The position numbers were made by a program, and so were the translations under genes. Positions 1 to 13,770 of a DNA stretch of 64,000 nt are shown piece after piece; position 1 is the first letter of the stretch, and each line of letters begins with the position of its first letter. Origin of the DNA: Rhynchobatus australiae (taxonomy: Eukaryota); assembly GCA_034780895.1 (NCBI GenBank), contig JAUZTB010000002.1:70868062-70932061 (forward strand), in the 5' to 3' direction. The notes under the pieces are model-generated. The model worked only from the letters and a program-made list of their open reading frames with translations, was not told where the DNA came from and did no database searches.

Positions 1-853
1 GCCCGTGTTTCATCAGGAACTTTACAAACATCAAACTGGGAGAATATTGCCGGGCTGCTGTCTTTGTTCAGTGACAATTACAACAGTATAATTTAACCAG
101 ACCACCTCGCTCTGGGCCCACAAAGTATGAGACAAATTATCATTTCCTGTGAGTAATGTCAAGCAAAGAATTTATGTATATAAAAAAATCAAAGCAGCTG
201 GAAGCGAGATTATAATATTGTGTCACGGTATTTCATAACATAACATTTGATACACTTAAGGTCACTTTGTGACTTTGATATCCAAAAGTTTAAGTCCTGT
301 TCATACTCAAATGCTCTTAAACAAATAGTGCCCATTCATTAATATTGCTAGAAATATGGTCGGATTTTAACTGAAGAGTAGGGGAAAGGACAGGGTTTGG
401 AATGAATGGCCTCCAAACGTGGCAATGAACCTGGGGTGTCGGGGAGGTGGAATCTTGGTTGATCTTAATGCCCAGTTCTCCACTTGCATTCTTTCATCCA
501 CATCTCACAACAATAACAGGAATCATCTTGGCCTCATCCTCCATTCCAAAAGTCTGGCATCTGGCTGAGCTTCCTCTCCTATTTCTATTATTTGGAGTGT
601 CAGAACATCAACAAGCATGCATTTGCCTTNNNNNNNNNNNNNNNNNNNNNNNNNNNNNNNNNNNNNNNNNNNNNNNNNNNNNNNNNNNNNNNNNNNNNNN
701 NNNNNNNNNNNNNNNNNNNNNNNNNNNNNNNNNNNNNNNNNNNNNNNNNNNNNNNNNNNNNNNNNNNNNNNNNNNNNNNNNNNNNNNNNNNNNNNNNNNN
801 NNNNNNNNNNNNNNNNNNNNNNNNNNNNNNNNNNNNNNNNNNNNNNNNNNNNN

Positions 854-1195
854 AATTCATTACACAGTGCAGTTACATTGGGTTAGTACAGAGTGCATTG
901 ATGTAGTACAGGTAAAAACAATAACAGTACGGAGTAAAGTGTCACAGCTACAGAGAGTGCAGTGCAATAAGGCGCAAGATCACAACAAGGTAGATCGTGA
1001 GGTCATAGTCCATCTCATTGTATAAGGGAACCGTTCAATCGTCTTATCACAGTGGGGTAGAAGCTGTCCTTGAGCCTGGTGGTACGTGCCTTCAGGTTCC
1101 TTTATCTTCTACCTGATGGAAGGGGAGAGAAGAGAGAATGACCCGAGTGGGTGGGGTCTTTGATTATGCTGGCTGCTTCACCAAGGTAGAGAGAG
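854..1195 (-). mobile_element. Rex1/Babar-type LINE, 3' fragment
   Basis: Minus strand reads AASIIKDPTHSGHSLFSP/PSGRR*RNLKARTTRLKDSFYPTVIRRLN, the typical Rex1 ORF C-terminus; 3' UTR runs into the N gap. Confidence 0.85.
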
Positions 1196-1694
1196 GTATA
1201 GACATTACCCAATAACTCCTCGGTTGTTTACATATTATGTCGCTAATCTGGAATCTTGTGCTTCTGTCCTTTACCAGATGTCCTCTTTATATCCAAACCA
1301 AATGCCAATTTGGCAACCAGACTACCACATGTCTGAATCCTATTTGCAAACATTAACTATTATCACCATATGGCTCACTAATTCAACTGCCTCCATTAGG
1401 CGTTACTTCAGCAATGCCCTCAAACAAACTCTCAATGCATGTACGGCATGCTCATCTGTCTTTTACTGTAGGAACATGTTAGCCAACTTCTGGGGGCATG
1501 GAAGTTTTTACAAGTAATCCCCAGGACTCAGTGATGTCAAAGGTACCAAATTTTGGAAGCCCAGTACGACACACGACCACTACAATGCTGCATACTCAGC
1601 TTAAGCAACCAAACAACACCTCCCATTATGATCCCTTCCCTCCATTCTGAGGCCAATGAAGAAATTCTAGTCTTCATAATTCATATACCTCTTA

Positions 1695-2010
1695 TGACAC
1701 AGAAGATGCCCATTTGGCCCAATGGGTCCAGACCAGCACGGAGAGAAGCAATACCAATTCCTCTTACTATTTCCCTGTAGTCTTACAACTTATTCGCTTC
1801 CACATGTTCATCAACCCCCTCTAATTCTTATTTCCCCTCTGATCCTGAGCTCATTTTCAGGATGTGGGAGGGAATTAGGAGCACCTTGGAGAAACCCATG
1901 CAGTCACGGAGAAAACGTGCAGTCTTCACACAAACAGCACCTAAGGTCAAGGTTGAACCTAGGTCCCCCAGGGCTGCACAAACTATGGTGTCACCACACT
2001 GCTCTGTGCA
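1695..2010 (-). mobile_element. HE1-like tRNA-derived V-SINE
   Basis: Reverse complement of the V-domain (ggatgtgggagg...gagcaccttggagaaacccatgcagtcacggagaaaacgtgca), B-box-like ggttgaacct, CR1/HER1-like tail. Confidence 0.75.
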
Positions 2011-2094
2011 CTCTCTGCGAACTCCTTGATGTTAGAGAGCAGCTCAGAACCATTGGAGAGCTAAGGAGTTGAGTTTCACACACTGACAACCAGG

Positions 2095-2230
2095 GAGCTC
2101 TCCGATACTTTGATGAAACATGGATCTTCACGGCCTTGAAAATGTTGGTCCACTTTGTTTCCTCATTTAAAAGACAGCACTGTTGACAATGCAGCACTTC
2201 CTTACTGCTTCACAGAGGTAACAGACCAGC
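2095..2230 (-). mobile_element. Deu-domain SINE (SacSINE1-like) fragment
   Basis: ctcatttaaaagacagcactgttgacaatgcagcacttcct resembles the reverse-complemented Deu core; similar to 26615-26814. Confidence 0.45.
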
Positions 2231-2684
2231 TTTCGTAAGAACTGGGAACAGGGGTAGACCATCCAGGCTTCCGATCACAATGAGTTAAAAAGGGGGAGGG
2301 GAGGGGAATTTGGGTGAGAGAATCGAGCTGGAGTAGGATTGGGGCAGGATTGTTCAGAGAGGCGACGGAGGAATGGACAGTGTTGAGGTAATGGGTGGTT
2401 GTCAGCCAGTTGGGTAGACAGGTTCCTTGGTGATTGGATGGTGGGGGACAGGGTTGGTGGGTGGATAACAGTACTACCCTAAGAACATCAGCTGAAATAA
2501 GGTGAGGTTGGGATCAATGGAGGCAAACACAAAGAAAACAACTTAAAGGTGAATCTACCTGGAAGAAAATGGAGACCCTGCAGTAAACCAGATAAGGTTA
2601 GGTTCCCCCCCCCCCTTTATGTAATCCCAGAGCAGGCCTCAAACCTCCAGTTAGGGCCTGCTTCAGTGTCTGAGGCCCGCACTG

Positions 2685-3036
2685 GAGTCATGGAGTTATA
2701 CAGCATAGAAACAGGCCCTTCAGCCCAACTGGTCCATGCTGACCAAGATGCCCATCCAAGTTAGTACCATTTGCCAGCATTTGGCCCGTAACCTTCTAAA
2801 CGTTTCCTATCCATGTACCTGTCCAAATGTCTTTTAAAAGTTGTTATTGTACCTGCCTCAACTACTTCCTCTGGCAGCTCATTCCATGTATATCCACATC
2901 CCACTGTGTAAAAAAGTTGTCCCTCAAATTCCTAGTAATTCTCTTCCCTCTCACCTGAAACTTATGCCTTCTAGTTCCCGATTCCCTAACCCTGGGAAAA
3001 AGACTGAGCGCATTCACCCTATTAATGCCCCTCATG
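2685..3036 (-). mobile_element. CR1-clade (HER1-like) LINE 3' end
   Basis: ORF 2862-3074 gives MRGINRVNALSLFPRVRESGTRRHKFQVRGKRITRNLRDNFFTQ; CR1 tail (gggctgaagggcctgtttctatgctgtataactc on minus). Confidence 0.9.
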
Positions 3037-4483
3037 GAGGAGTCAGTATAACATCCTGGAAGTGCACGACCCACACACTAACCTTAGCAAATGGTCTATT
3101 GGTAAAATTTGATTGCAAGCTACACAGAAACATTATGCTGCCTGGTAGGATTTTTAAGTCACAGTCTTTGTATGTGGTGCACTAGGTTTCACTTTAGCAT
3201 CCCTCAGCAATATTTATCAAAGGGTTGTATGGCACATCCCTGCTTCTAGTCTTCTGTTTCTGAAATGCCACTTTTCAGCTGGCCTTGCAATAAATGAATA
3301 CATGGTTGTAATAATTAACTAAAACTCAAGATCAGGTTGAGAACCATTAGATTGGCAATTGAAATGGATGTTTTCTTTTTGCATTATTTGTAAATCCAGC
3401 CATCTGCATTGGGTTCAGTTGCTCAGGAGCTTGTCACTGTCTACTATTTATCAATTCACACTCCCAGGAGGAGGGTCGGTAAAGTATCTTCCAGCATGCT
3501 CTGCAAAATGCTGCTTTCAATGCTGGGGCAGTGAAAAGAGCCTAATGAGTTTAACAGTGAACATGTAGCCTGGCTAGACTCTATTAGTTGGTGAATAATG
3601 GAGTGTTAAACTGACTCACTTAGATAAACAATTAGAAGATTAGCATTTGCAAAGGTGAGAATGGAAATTATTAATCTCCCACTGAAGTACACATTGTACT
3701 GGCAGTAAAATTAGATGGCTTTTCATGGAAAGAATTGTCTTCCGTAAACCTTCATACCAATGACTGGAGGGAATGAGGAATAATTTGCCTTAATTAAAAA
3801 TAGAAANNNNNNNNNNNNNNNNNNNNNNNNNNNNNNNNNNNNNNNNNNNNNNNNNNNNNNNNNNNNNNNNNNNNNNNNNNNNNNNNNNNNNNNNNNNNNN
3901 NNNNNNNNNNNNNNNNNNNNNNNNNNNNNNNNNNNNNNNNNNNNNNNNNNNNNNNNNNNNNNNNNNNNNNNNNNNNNNNNNNNNNNNNNNNNNNNNNNNN
4001 NNNNNNNNNNNNNNNNNNNNNNNNNNNNNNNNNNNNNNNNNNNNNNNNNNNNNNNNNNNNNNNNNNNNNNNNNNNNNNNNNNNNNNNNNNNNNNNNNNNN
4101 NNNNNNNNNNNNNNNNNNNNNNNNNNNNNNNNNNNNNNNNNNNNNNNNNNNNNNNNNNNNNNNNNNNNNNNNNNNNNNNNNNNNNNNNNNNNNNNNNNNN
4201 NNNNNNNNNNNNNNNNNNNNNNNNNNNNNNNNNNNNNNNNNNNNNNNNNNNNNNNNNNNNNNNNNNNNNNNNNNNNNNNNNNNNNNNNNNNNNNNNNNNN
4301 NNNNNNNNNNNNNNNNNNNNNNNNNNNNNNNNNNNNNNNNNNNNNNNNNNNNNNNNNNNNNNNNNNNNNNNNNNNNNNNNNNNNNNNNNNNNNNNNNNNN
4401 NNNNNNNNNNNNNTACTCTTCATAACAATTCCAGTGCAATGAAATCAACCAAGATTTTCTTCAGTGAATGAAAGTTTTAAAAA

Positions 4484-4606
4484 AATGCAAATGCTGGTAA
4501 TTTGAAACAAATAACAGTAGAAAATGCTGGAAATACTCATCAGGTCAGGCAGCATCTGTGGAAAGAGAAGCAGAGTTAATGTTTTAGGTCAAAAACTCTT
4601 CATCAA
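4484..4606 (-). mobile_element. Penelope-like element terminal repeat, solo, decayed hammerhead core (subfamily B)
   Basis: aaatgctggaaatactcatcaggtcaggcagcatctgtggaaagaga motif shared with the other copies; minus strand TTGATGA...AAAACATTAACT. Confidence 0.75.
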
Positions 4607-7429
4607 TCTTCCTGAAATTAGAAAAGAATGATTTCCCAAACTTTGATGTCAGACTGCAACTCTTTTCAGTATTACCAAGCACTGAAAATATTTTAATACA
4701 AATACAAGTGTGGTAATTCATGTTTTAGGGCCTTAACAACTTTTCTCCTTGGAAGTTTCAACAAAATTATCTTGGGTCCTGTTTGTCACATGGGCTGGTG
4801 GCCACCCATGATATGAAAGGTAGGCAAACAATTATTTTTAAAAAATGCCATTTATAGCTCTCCTTCAACCTGTGATATTTTCTATTTTAGCTCTACAAGA
4901 GATGAACTGATTATTTTCTGGATATCAGCATGGTCTGAATCAAATCAGCTGAAATTGGCTTCCGTACTGGAGAGATCTCAAGAGAAAACTAAGATGGATA
5001 TCGAAAGATAGCTGCTTTAGAATCTTGGTTCACAAATCATTGCAAGGAAGGAGAAATTTTCTATTAGGACATTAAATGAGTTCAGTGAAATCCATGACAG
5101 ATTGTCATCTGTGGATGGGATGGACATGTTGAGCTGAAGGTGTATCTGGGAACTTTTCACCTGTTCATCCTGACATCTTCTCAATCCACAGATTTCAATT
5201 AGCACATGCAGTCCTTGGAATCAAGTGTACACATGGTCTCTCAAAATTGAGTGCACAATTCTAGTGAAGCTTCTGGCTCGTGAGACCAGAGTTTGGGAAG
5301 CCTGAGCCTGGCTGAACTGGAGTTTGCAAACAAGCTTTCATAAAATACTGGAGACTTCAGATTGAAGTCAGAGAATACCGAAATATAGCTGAAGGCCTTT
5401 TCTTGTTTCTACACTAACTTGTTAACATCTTTATATGTTTACTACAAGCTGTTGGCACAATGCCACATTTTTATTTACTGGCATCAAAGCCACNNNNNNN
5501 NNNNNNNNNNNNNNNNNNNNNNNNNNNNNNNNNNNNNNNNNNNNNNNNNNNNNNNNNNNNNNNNNNNNNNNNNNNNNNNNNNNNNNNNNNNNNAAGCCAC
5601 TGTTAAAATCCAACTGTTACAAAATGCAGTTAAACTGAACGCTGTCTTCCAGTTTGGACAATAGTCCCTTTGGTTAGGTCTTGAGCTTCAGTGACATCAT
5701 AATTATCACCCTTAAGGCAACTGCATTGCTGTTACTATTAATTTTGGGAGCAAAATCCATTGTAAAGTGTGACTTACATTAATACTATAGGGTGTGCTAA
5801 ATTCTGAAAAAATATCACCGCTTAATTTTATTTCATTAAATTTTGCATACATGGACAATAACGTCTTACTAACGGCTGGGTATTAAGGGAACGCAACCTT
5901 TACATGAAAGTCCTTTAGGAAGATCCCATACTAATCAAGATGAGATGTCCAATCTCAGCCTTAATGACTAAACATTAGCTTTTCCCTATTCAAAATCATA
6001 ATGATATAGAAAGGCATAGTTAGCCATGTGCTGAATGAGTACAGAGAACATTGCTTAAATAGAGCTCCAAAGACAAACTACCATAGCCTTCGGATCCAGC
6101 AGCAGATGTACATTGTCCCAATTCACCCAGAGACATAAGTGTCCACTCAGACACAATGTGTTCTGAGCAGCATCAAGTAATGATTGGGATTGAATGAGAC
6201 CCAGATGGCATGAAAATGGCAAATACTGCCCATAAGAATGATATAACCTCTACAGTTGACTGAAAAAAGGGTTAAAAAAAGGAAGCATGTTGGATGAACA
6301 TTTTGCTGACCACAACAACCAAAACCCAAGCCCAGCTTTAATGAATATGTTGCTCTCAGATGGTGTGCGTTGTTAGCACTGTAAGGNNNNNNNNNNNNAG
6401 CTTTTTAGGAGTATCTATTACATATTTCAGTCTATTTTAATTGCAAGCTGTTGGTTTTCATCCTGAGATGAAGGTGCAGCCATGATAACAAATTTAACAA
6501 TAAAAGACAGCCTCTAACAGTGCAAGTGTTGCTTGCTCCTGGGAATTGGATGGCTGCTTGTTATTAATGTTGTCCTCTGCTCACCTGCTGCATCCAAATC
6601 AAAACACTTGGAGCTGAGTTTACACTGTTTGCATTAGGCAGCTGAATTCCTTGGAGAGCCCCCTTACTCGTCAAAAGTGAATCAATCATCCACAAGGATG
6701 TCAGCATCTGCCTGAGCAATTTTATTTGGAAGAAAGGGCAGATGGTGGTGTTTTTCTGTTTAATCAGTTCCACCAAATGTGGACCAAGCACTGACACAAA
6801 AAAAATAGCGATCGGAGATACTCCCTGCTCCAGTGTGGCAAGAGACTGTATGTTATGGGAAAATTGAATTTATGAAAGAAAAAGGAATGCTTGAATCCAA
6901 AACAGAACAAAACACACCAGGAATTCACAACAGNNNNNNNNGCATCTCAAAAGGCAAAAAAAAGTCTTAATGCTTTGGATGAGAGCTCACATTTGAATAG
7001 AGATCCAAAGACAAACTACCATAGGTTGCAGTTTGAGCAGTCTATTCTCCTACTTCACCGTTCTGATCAGCCTGCTGCACATTTCCAACATATTCTCGTT
7101 TTCATGACCAATTCAAATTGGCCACAATATAAATACAAAATAAGGAATAGGATGGTTCCTAAAATTCATTGTTAGTCAGGGGTTATTTTTCTGCTGGTTA
7201 CCCAGTAATATTTCATCTAAATCAATCCATCAAATAGTATGGGGATCAATTTTCAACATCCCACCGGGCATGGTACTCTCATATCCCGGTCCACATCTGT
7301 TATAGAGTCCAGCAGGTTGAAAGCCCGTCAATTTGTGCCTGCTGAACTTTGGGGTAGGAATTTCTTTCGTGACTTTGAACCAAGGATGTCCATCCTCACA
7401 CAATGTCTCTGATGAGATTGTACACTTGG

Positions 7430-7998
7430 AGACACAAGAGACAGAAGATGCTGGAATCTGGAGCAACACACAAAGCGTTGGAGAAACTCAGTAGGTCAGG
7501 CAGCATCTGTGGAAGGAAATGGACAGTCGACGTTTTGGGTCAAGACCCTTCACCTGGACTGAAAGAAAGAGGGGAGAAGCNNNNNNNNNNNNNNNNNNNN
7601 NNNNNNNNNNNNNNNNNNNNNNNNNNNNNNNNNNNNNNNNNNNNNNNNGTTTGGGTTGTATTAGGTAGATTGGAGGGAGGAGTGAGAATGATGTCATAGC
7701 TGGGAGGATGAAGATGATGGAATCTGATAGGAGAGGAAGGTGGATCATGGAATCAAGAGAGGGAGGTGGGGAAGCGAACTGGTAGGAGGAGTGGTGTGGA
7801 TGATGGGCAGGTGGAGAGGGTGGGGGAGGGGAAGGAGGGTGATGGGGCCCAGTTGGATCAGGATGAGAGAGAAAAGAAAAAAAGGGGAAAAGGGGCAGGA
7901 GGGNNNNNNNNNNACCAGAAGTTTGAGAATTCGATGTTCATGCCACCAGGTTGGAGACTGCCCAGGTGGATCATGAAGTGCTGTCCCTCTAAGCTGCA
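7430..7998 (-). mobile_element. Penelope-like element 3' end: GIY-YIG endonuclease C-terminus, low-complexity 3' UTR and terminal repeat
   Basis: 7997-7914 translates SLEGQHFMIHLGSLQPGGMNIEFSNFW (PLE E..I..L..L.P.G.N motif); terminal repeat at 7430-7562 with mutated hammerhead CAGTC-caggtga-a-GGGT-cttg-ACCC-aaaa-CG-TC-GACTG. Confidence 0.85.
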
Positions 7999-8050
7999 GA
8001 TTGTACACTTCCTTTTCAGGAAATGCCTTAAAAATTGGATTCTTGATCTC

Positions 8051-8311
8051 GAGTCATAGAGTCACACAGCACAGGAAGAGGCTCCTTGGCTCACCAAGTC
8101 TATGTCAACCATAAAGTAGCCATCCACACTAATCTCAGTTTTTTTAATTCTCTCCACATTTCCCATCAACTCTCCCCTTGGGACATGGAGGAAACTGACA
8201 CATTCACAAGGAGGATGTGCAAACTCCACACAGACAACACAGAAGGTCAGGCTTAAGCCTGGGCTGCTGGAGTGTGAGGCAGCAGATCTACTAGCTGTGA
8301 CACTGTGCCAC
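8051..8311 (-). mobile_element. HE1-like V-SINE
   Basis: gagtcatagagtca tail, V-domain gtgcaaactccacacagac, tRNA-like head. Confidence 0.8.
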
Positions 8312-8754
8312 TCTCTGGGGATTCGGAAGCTGAATCAGAAAAAGGACCTTTCACATGACTGCTTAAGGTTTCCACAGTTGTCCATGGAGCTCATCTGAAG
8401 CTAGAGTTTAATCCGTTAGCTTTGTGAATCACAATCAAACATCCAACGCAGATTCCTTTTGGAAAGTTAACCATGACCGATAAAACCCAAAATGTTTGGC
8501 TATGGATTCAATCTTTCCCTTTTTCAAAAAAATTCTCCACCACAGTCTACCACCTTTTGTGACACTGGAACATGGTGTATCTCAGATCACTTTATTTTTG
8601 TTAGTTGAAGCAACCCTTAATGGAGAGTCACTATTTGCTCCACTGAGAATCAGCAGCAGCCACCATTTGCAACACATTCACTCCCTCACTCTCACCCTCT
8701 GCCATTTCTGTAATTATCCTGGGCCCTATGTTGACATCCCTCATGCCATCCTCA

Positions 8755-9218
8755 TGCCCAACACATCATGGGTACATCCCTCCCTACCATTGGTAGTATC
8801 TGCAGGAGGCACTGCCTCAAGAAGGAAACCTCCATCATCAAAGATCCCCACCAACCGGGCCGTGCCATCTTCTCGCAGCTACCATCAGGCAGCAGGTACA
8901 GAGGCCCCACACCACCAGGTTCAAGAACAGCTACTTCCCTTCAATCATTTGGATCTTGAATCAACCGGCACAACCTTTAGCAACACTATGACCACTTTGA
9001 TCACTTTGCACTAAAATGGACTTCCGTTTATTTTGTTCTAATTGTGTTCTTTCTTGTAAAATCTGTGCTTAATTTACGCTTAATTATGTTATTCTTGTGA
9101 ATGCTGCTTATATGATGCCATGTGCCTGTGATGCTGCTGCAAGTAAGTTTTTCATTGCACCTGTGCATACATGTACTTGCGCACATGACAATAAGCTCGA
9201 CTTTGACTTTGACTTTGA
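8755..9218 (+). mobile_element. Rex1/Babar-type LINE 3' fragment
   Basis: ORF 8768-8959 GTSLPTIGSICRRHCLKKETSIIKDPHQPGRAIFSQLPSGSRYR; (GACTTT)n tail; homologous to copies at 44928 and 59270. Confidence 0.9.
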
Positions 9219-12200
9219 CGAGCACCCCAACTCCTGCTGATGCAAAGATAGCAACTTTTAATGGTCCGCTCCCCCATTAGTTTTAGCTACAAAGAACAGT
9301 GCCTGAATTTCTCAGCCTGTGTTTTCTCATTTTATTAGACTCAGCAGCCTGGAGAATTTCAGCTTTGATGAACAATTTCTGATAACATCTTACACGCCAA
9401 GCACATTTTGAGAAAGAGTAAAGATGATAAGAAAGTTCTTTTTTAGAAATATGATTTCTGATTTGAAGGTGCCAAAAATTCATAGATGGAGCTTGAAACC
9501 ATATGAAAGCACATCTTTCCGGCACAAGGATCTCTCATACTCTCAAACAAACAGAAGAAGCATTCCAAATCTATTACTATTTAATATTAACACAATGAGG
9601 AAGAATTAGTCAGGGAGCTGTTCAGGGAATCCTGTGTGCAAGAAGTTATTTTCATCAGCCAAAGTGTTCCTGTTTCTGTAATATTTTCTGAAGATTAGAT
9701 CCATTTTTCTATCTGATTACTTTAACATGAAAGGACAAAGAGCTCAGATGTAATTTCAAGTTAGTGGAAGGACAATGAGAGTGACATTTCTGTGACCTCG
9801 TGTTTTCAGTATGGCTTTGAACTGCAATGTACAGACTCCCCAGCCACCCCACCAACCCCCCACACCCCACGACCTCACTCTCTCCCTCTCTCACCCCTCT
9901 CAAACAGTCCAGTAGTGAATATATCAAATGGTGTATTTTTATGACTAGAATTTGCTGCATTAGGGCATCTCATTTCTCTTTTGCCCTTCAACTTGCTGGA
10001 AGAGGGATAGATAATAGCACAGTGAATNNNNNNNNNNNNNNNNNNNNNNNNNNNNNNNNNNNNNNNNNNNNNNNNNNNNNNNNNNNNNNNNNNNNNNNNN
10101 NNNNNNNNNNNNNNNNNNNNNNNNNNNNNNNNNNNNNNNNNNNNNNNNNNNNNNNNNNNNNNNNNNNNNNNNNNNNNNNNNNNNNNNNNNNNNNNNNNNN
10201 NNNNNNNNNNNNNNNNNNNNNNNNNNNNNNNNNNNNNNNNNNNNNNNNNNNNNNNNNNNNNNNNNNNNNNNNNNNNNNNNNNNNNNNNNNNNNNNNNNNN
10301 NNNNNNNNNNNNNNNNNNNNNNNNNNNNNNNNNNNNNNNNNNNNNNNNNNNNNNNNNNNNNNNNNNNNNNNNNNNNNNNNNNNNNNNNNNNNNNNNNNNN
10401 NNNNNNNNNNNNNNNNNNNNNNNNNNNNNNNNNNNNNNNNNNNNNNNNNNNNNNNNNNNNNNNNNNNNNNNNNNNNNNNNNNNNNNNNNNNNNNNNNNNN
10501 NNNNNNNNNNNNNNNNNNNNNNNNNNNNNNNNNNNNNNNNNNNNNNNNNNNNNNNNNNNNNNNNNNNNNNNNNNNNNNNNNNNNNNNNNNNNNNNNNNNN
10601 NNNNNNNNNNNNNNNNNNACAACAATTCACTACTTGATAGAATGAATTTTTTAGACTTTTAATGGTTCAATTTTTGGGCAAGGAATATTGATTAATTGTT
10701 ATTAGTACAATGAATTACTGGTCTTAACTTTCTATGGTAGGTTTAATAGGCGATTGATGGGAAAATGTGACAAGATTAATAAAGTTTATCCGGAGGTCAA
10801 TGGTACAATGCTGTTTTACTGCAAGGTTAGTGATGGAGTTGGCAAATCAGCCATCATCTTGTGGCAATTTGTAATCACAGGCCATCTCTTCTACCCCATG
10901 TATTTCTGACTAATTTGAAGATTAGTCACGGGCTGCATCATTATGACAGACATGAGGCAGAAAAAAAAATATAGAAATGGTACAAATAGAAGGGTTGACA
11001 CAGCACATAGGATGATCATCCAGACGGTGGTGAAACTTGTATGTTGAGCCATCCTTGAACACCGATGGCAATTATCCCAAGGCTGATGGTTCTGGGGTGG
11101 GGCAATGAGAGGTTACCCAAAAGTCAAGATGTTAAGAAACTCAAGAAAGATTCACTTCCATTTTAGAGACTGCATGGCAGGGGAGGGGTANNNNNNNNNN
11201 NNNNNNNNNNNNNNNNNNNNNNNNNNNNNNNNNNNNNNNNNNNNNNNNNNNNNNNNNNNNNNNNNNNNNNNNNNNNNNNNNNNNNNNNNNGGCGGGGCTG
11301 GGGTGGGGTAGGGGGGGGGGGGGGGAAGGTGTTGAAGGTGACGGGGCTGCACTTTCCCACTACCTGCTGTAATTGTTGAAGTGTGCAAACTGTTGCTTAA
11401 CACTGTGCAAGGTCTCCATATTCTGTTCACATTTCTAGCATCTTCAGTCAGCTGATATGCTTAACCTGAAACCTGGTCAAACTCTGCTGCAATGTTTGGT
11501 TTGTTGATATCTCTGTGGTTCTAAAATCTTGTTGGCAAGATGTTGGTTGGATACAAATGTACTTCATACATTAAAGAAATGTTCAAATGTCTGCTGGTAG
11601 TGAACTCCCATCAGTAGCCAGATAGCTCGTGTTGGTAAATGGTTTGTGCCGTTTGACTGTTGTGGAATTACAGAATCATGGAAATTATACCACAAAAAGA
11701 GGCCATTTGGACCTTGTGTTCGTGCTGGTCAAAGTGGAGGTTAGTCCCACTTCTCACATCTTGTCTCATAGCCATGTGGATCATGGCACAAAAAATGATT
11801 GTCCAGATACCTGTTAAAAAGGAAGAATGTTTTCTGCATCTCTTCAGGCAGTGAGATCTCCAGCAGTACTATACACTGAGAGAAACTTTTTTTCCCTTAG
11901 CTCCCATCTAATCCCAAATAAATTAAATTTATATCTCCTTGATAGCTGTCGTAAATAGTGGTGAATGTATAAGATAAGATGTCTTTATTGGTCACATGTA
12001 CATCGAAACATACAGTGACCTTACCAGCAGTTGTCTACTTATAGATTGACATTACCCTGCAGACTGAATGAGTCAACAGAAAATTAGGCAGGATCAAGTT
12101 AATTTGAACAATGTCTCCATTCACTGACTACCTTCTGCCCAAATCACATCACAGGTTAGAGCAGACCCAAATCCAGGCTTCACCAGCCCATCTAATAGAT

Positions 12201-12883
12201 ATACAGTCCATCTATTCAACCAAAGTGGTCAGTCTGGCTAATGCTTGCAAAGGTATTCCCCAGCCCAATGGGAGATCAACTTTGGAGGTGAGACCACCTT
12301 CCAAAGGTTGACTACAACATCTAAAAGGAAAATGATGACAGAGTTATTTTGTCAGTGATATCCACCTTGATTTGTGGCATCACTCTTTTATTTCTAGATT
12401 TTTGAGAGTGACGTGAATCACATTGATCTGTTAACCAACAATTTGCCTCTCCAGCAGAAAGTTTGCTCCCCACCCACGACAGGGTGCTGTATATGTGGCT
12501 TGCCTCTCTGATAAAATTATGTTGAATTTCACACAATGAAGGCAATTAATTTCAAACAGGCTAACACTCAATCTGGAATCAAGTTCATTGCATCATAGAA
12601 CATGCTTCTTTAGCCAATTTACACGATTGGTCTAGGGCCAACATTTTGACACATGACAACATATATATTTTTAAAATTTGTTTTTCAGGTTAACATGGAA
12701 TTAAGATTTCAAGTACCTGAGTGCAGAGGTTACTGGTTCCTGATCCATTAGCCACAGGTTACAGGTGATTTCTTGTCAACTTGACAAATTAAAAACAGAG
12801 CAGCTACAATCAGATCAGTTTTAGCACACATGACAGGAATTGTAAAGGATTGTACTTTGTTGGATTTGTTACCTAATTGTTTA

Positions 12884-13203
12884 CCCTGCACCGAGAACAC
12901 TGAGATTACTTAACCGGGAGTACTGAAACCCCTGCACCAGTAACACTGAGACCCCTTCACCGAGAGCACTGAGACCCCTTCACTTGCAGCACTGAGATAC
13001 CTGCACCAGTAACACTGAGACCCCTTCACCGAGAGCACTGAGACCCCTTCACTTGCAGCACTGAGATACCTGCACTAGTAACACTGAGACCCCTTCACAG
13101 AAAGCACTGAGACCGCTTCACTCGCAGCAGTGAGACCCCTGCACTGGAAGATCCGTGACTCTTGCACTGGTAACACCGAGACCCCTTCACTTGCAGCACT
13201 GAG
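12884..13203. repeat. 23-bp minisatellite (about 14 units) with 69-bp higher-order period
   Basis: Units CACTGAGACCCCTTCACCGAGAG / CACTGAGACCCCTTCACTTGCAG / CACTGAGATACCTGCACCAGTAA starting at 12944, 12967, 12990, 13013, 13036, 13059, 13082, 13105. Confidence 0.95.
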
Positions 13204-13359
13204 CTAAAAAATTGCAGGATTTTCACTTAGAACTTTTTGCAAAATTTTAAGCATCTTTTACATTTTCAAAATATTGTCTTTTATTTTTTCATTACAGTAA
13301 GACCTTTGCAACAATTGAATAATCCTTGCCATTTGTGGCATTATATAATTTTTATTCTG

Positions 13360-13770
13360 CACCATGGGTAGCGGTGGAAGCAGATATGGTCGTGGTGTTT
13401 AAGAGGCTTTCAGATAAACATATGAATATGCCCTTGGGCCGAAGGGCCTGTTCCTGTGCTGTGATGTTCTATATTCCATGTTTGAAATCAGGGGGCAGCA
13501 ATTTAAGACTAATTGGCAAAACATCTCGGCAAAAATAGGGAGAGTATTTTTTCTGCAGGAAATTGTAACCTAGAATTCACTGTCAGAAATGGGAGGAGAA
13601 AAGGATTCAATAGAAACTTTATAAAGGGAATTAAATATATACTTGAAACAGAAAAATTTGCAGAGTATGGAAGAAACTGCTGGGGCATGAGAGTGAGTGG
13701 ATAACTCTGTCATGGAGCTGACACCGTACAATGCTCAGAATGGTTTTCTCTTGTGCTGTAAGGATTTTTG
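13360..13770 (+). mobile_element. Two CR1-clade LINE 3' fragments
   Basis: gtttaagaggctttcagataaacatatg...gggccgaagggcctgttcctgtgctgtgatgttctat tail, followed by an older CR1 3' end. Confidence 0.7.

Noticed and set aside
11291-11325. G-run or G-quadruplex candidate
   Set aside because: Low-complexity sequence at a gap edge; base calls are unreliable there.
12884-13203. CRISPR-like periodicity
   Set aside because: No unique spacers, no cas genes, vertebrate context; it is a minisatellite. The one open minus frame of the trimer gives no recognisable peptide.
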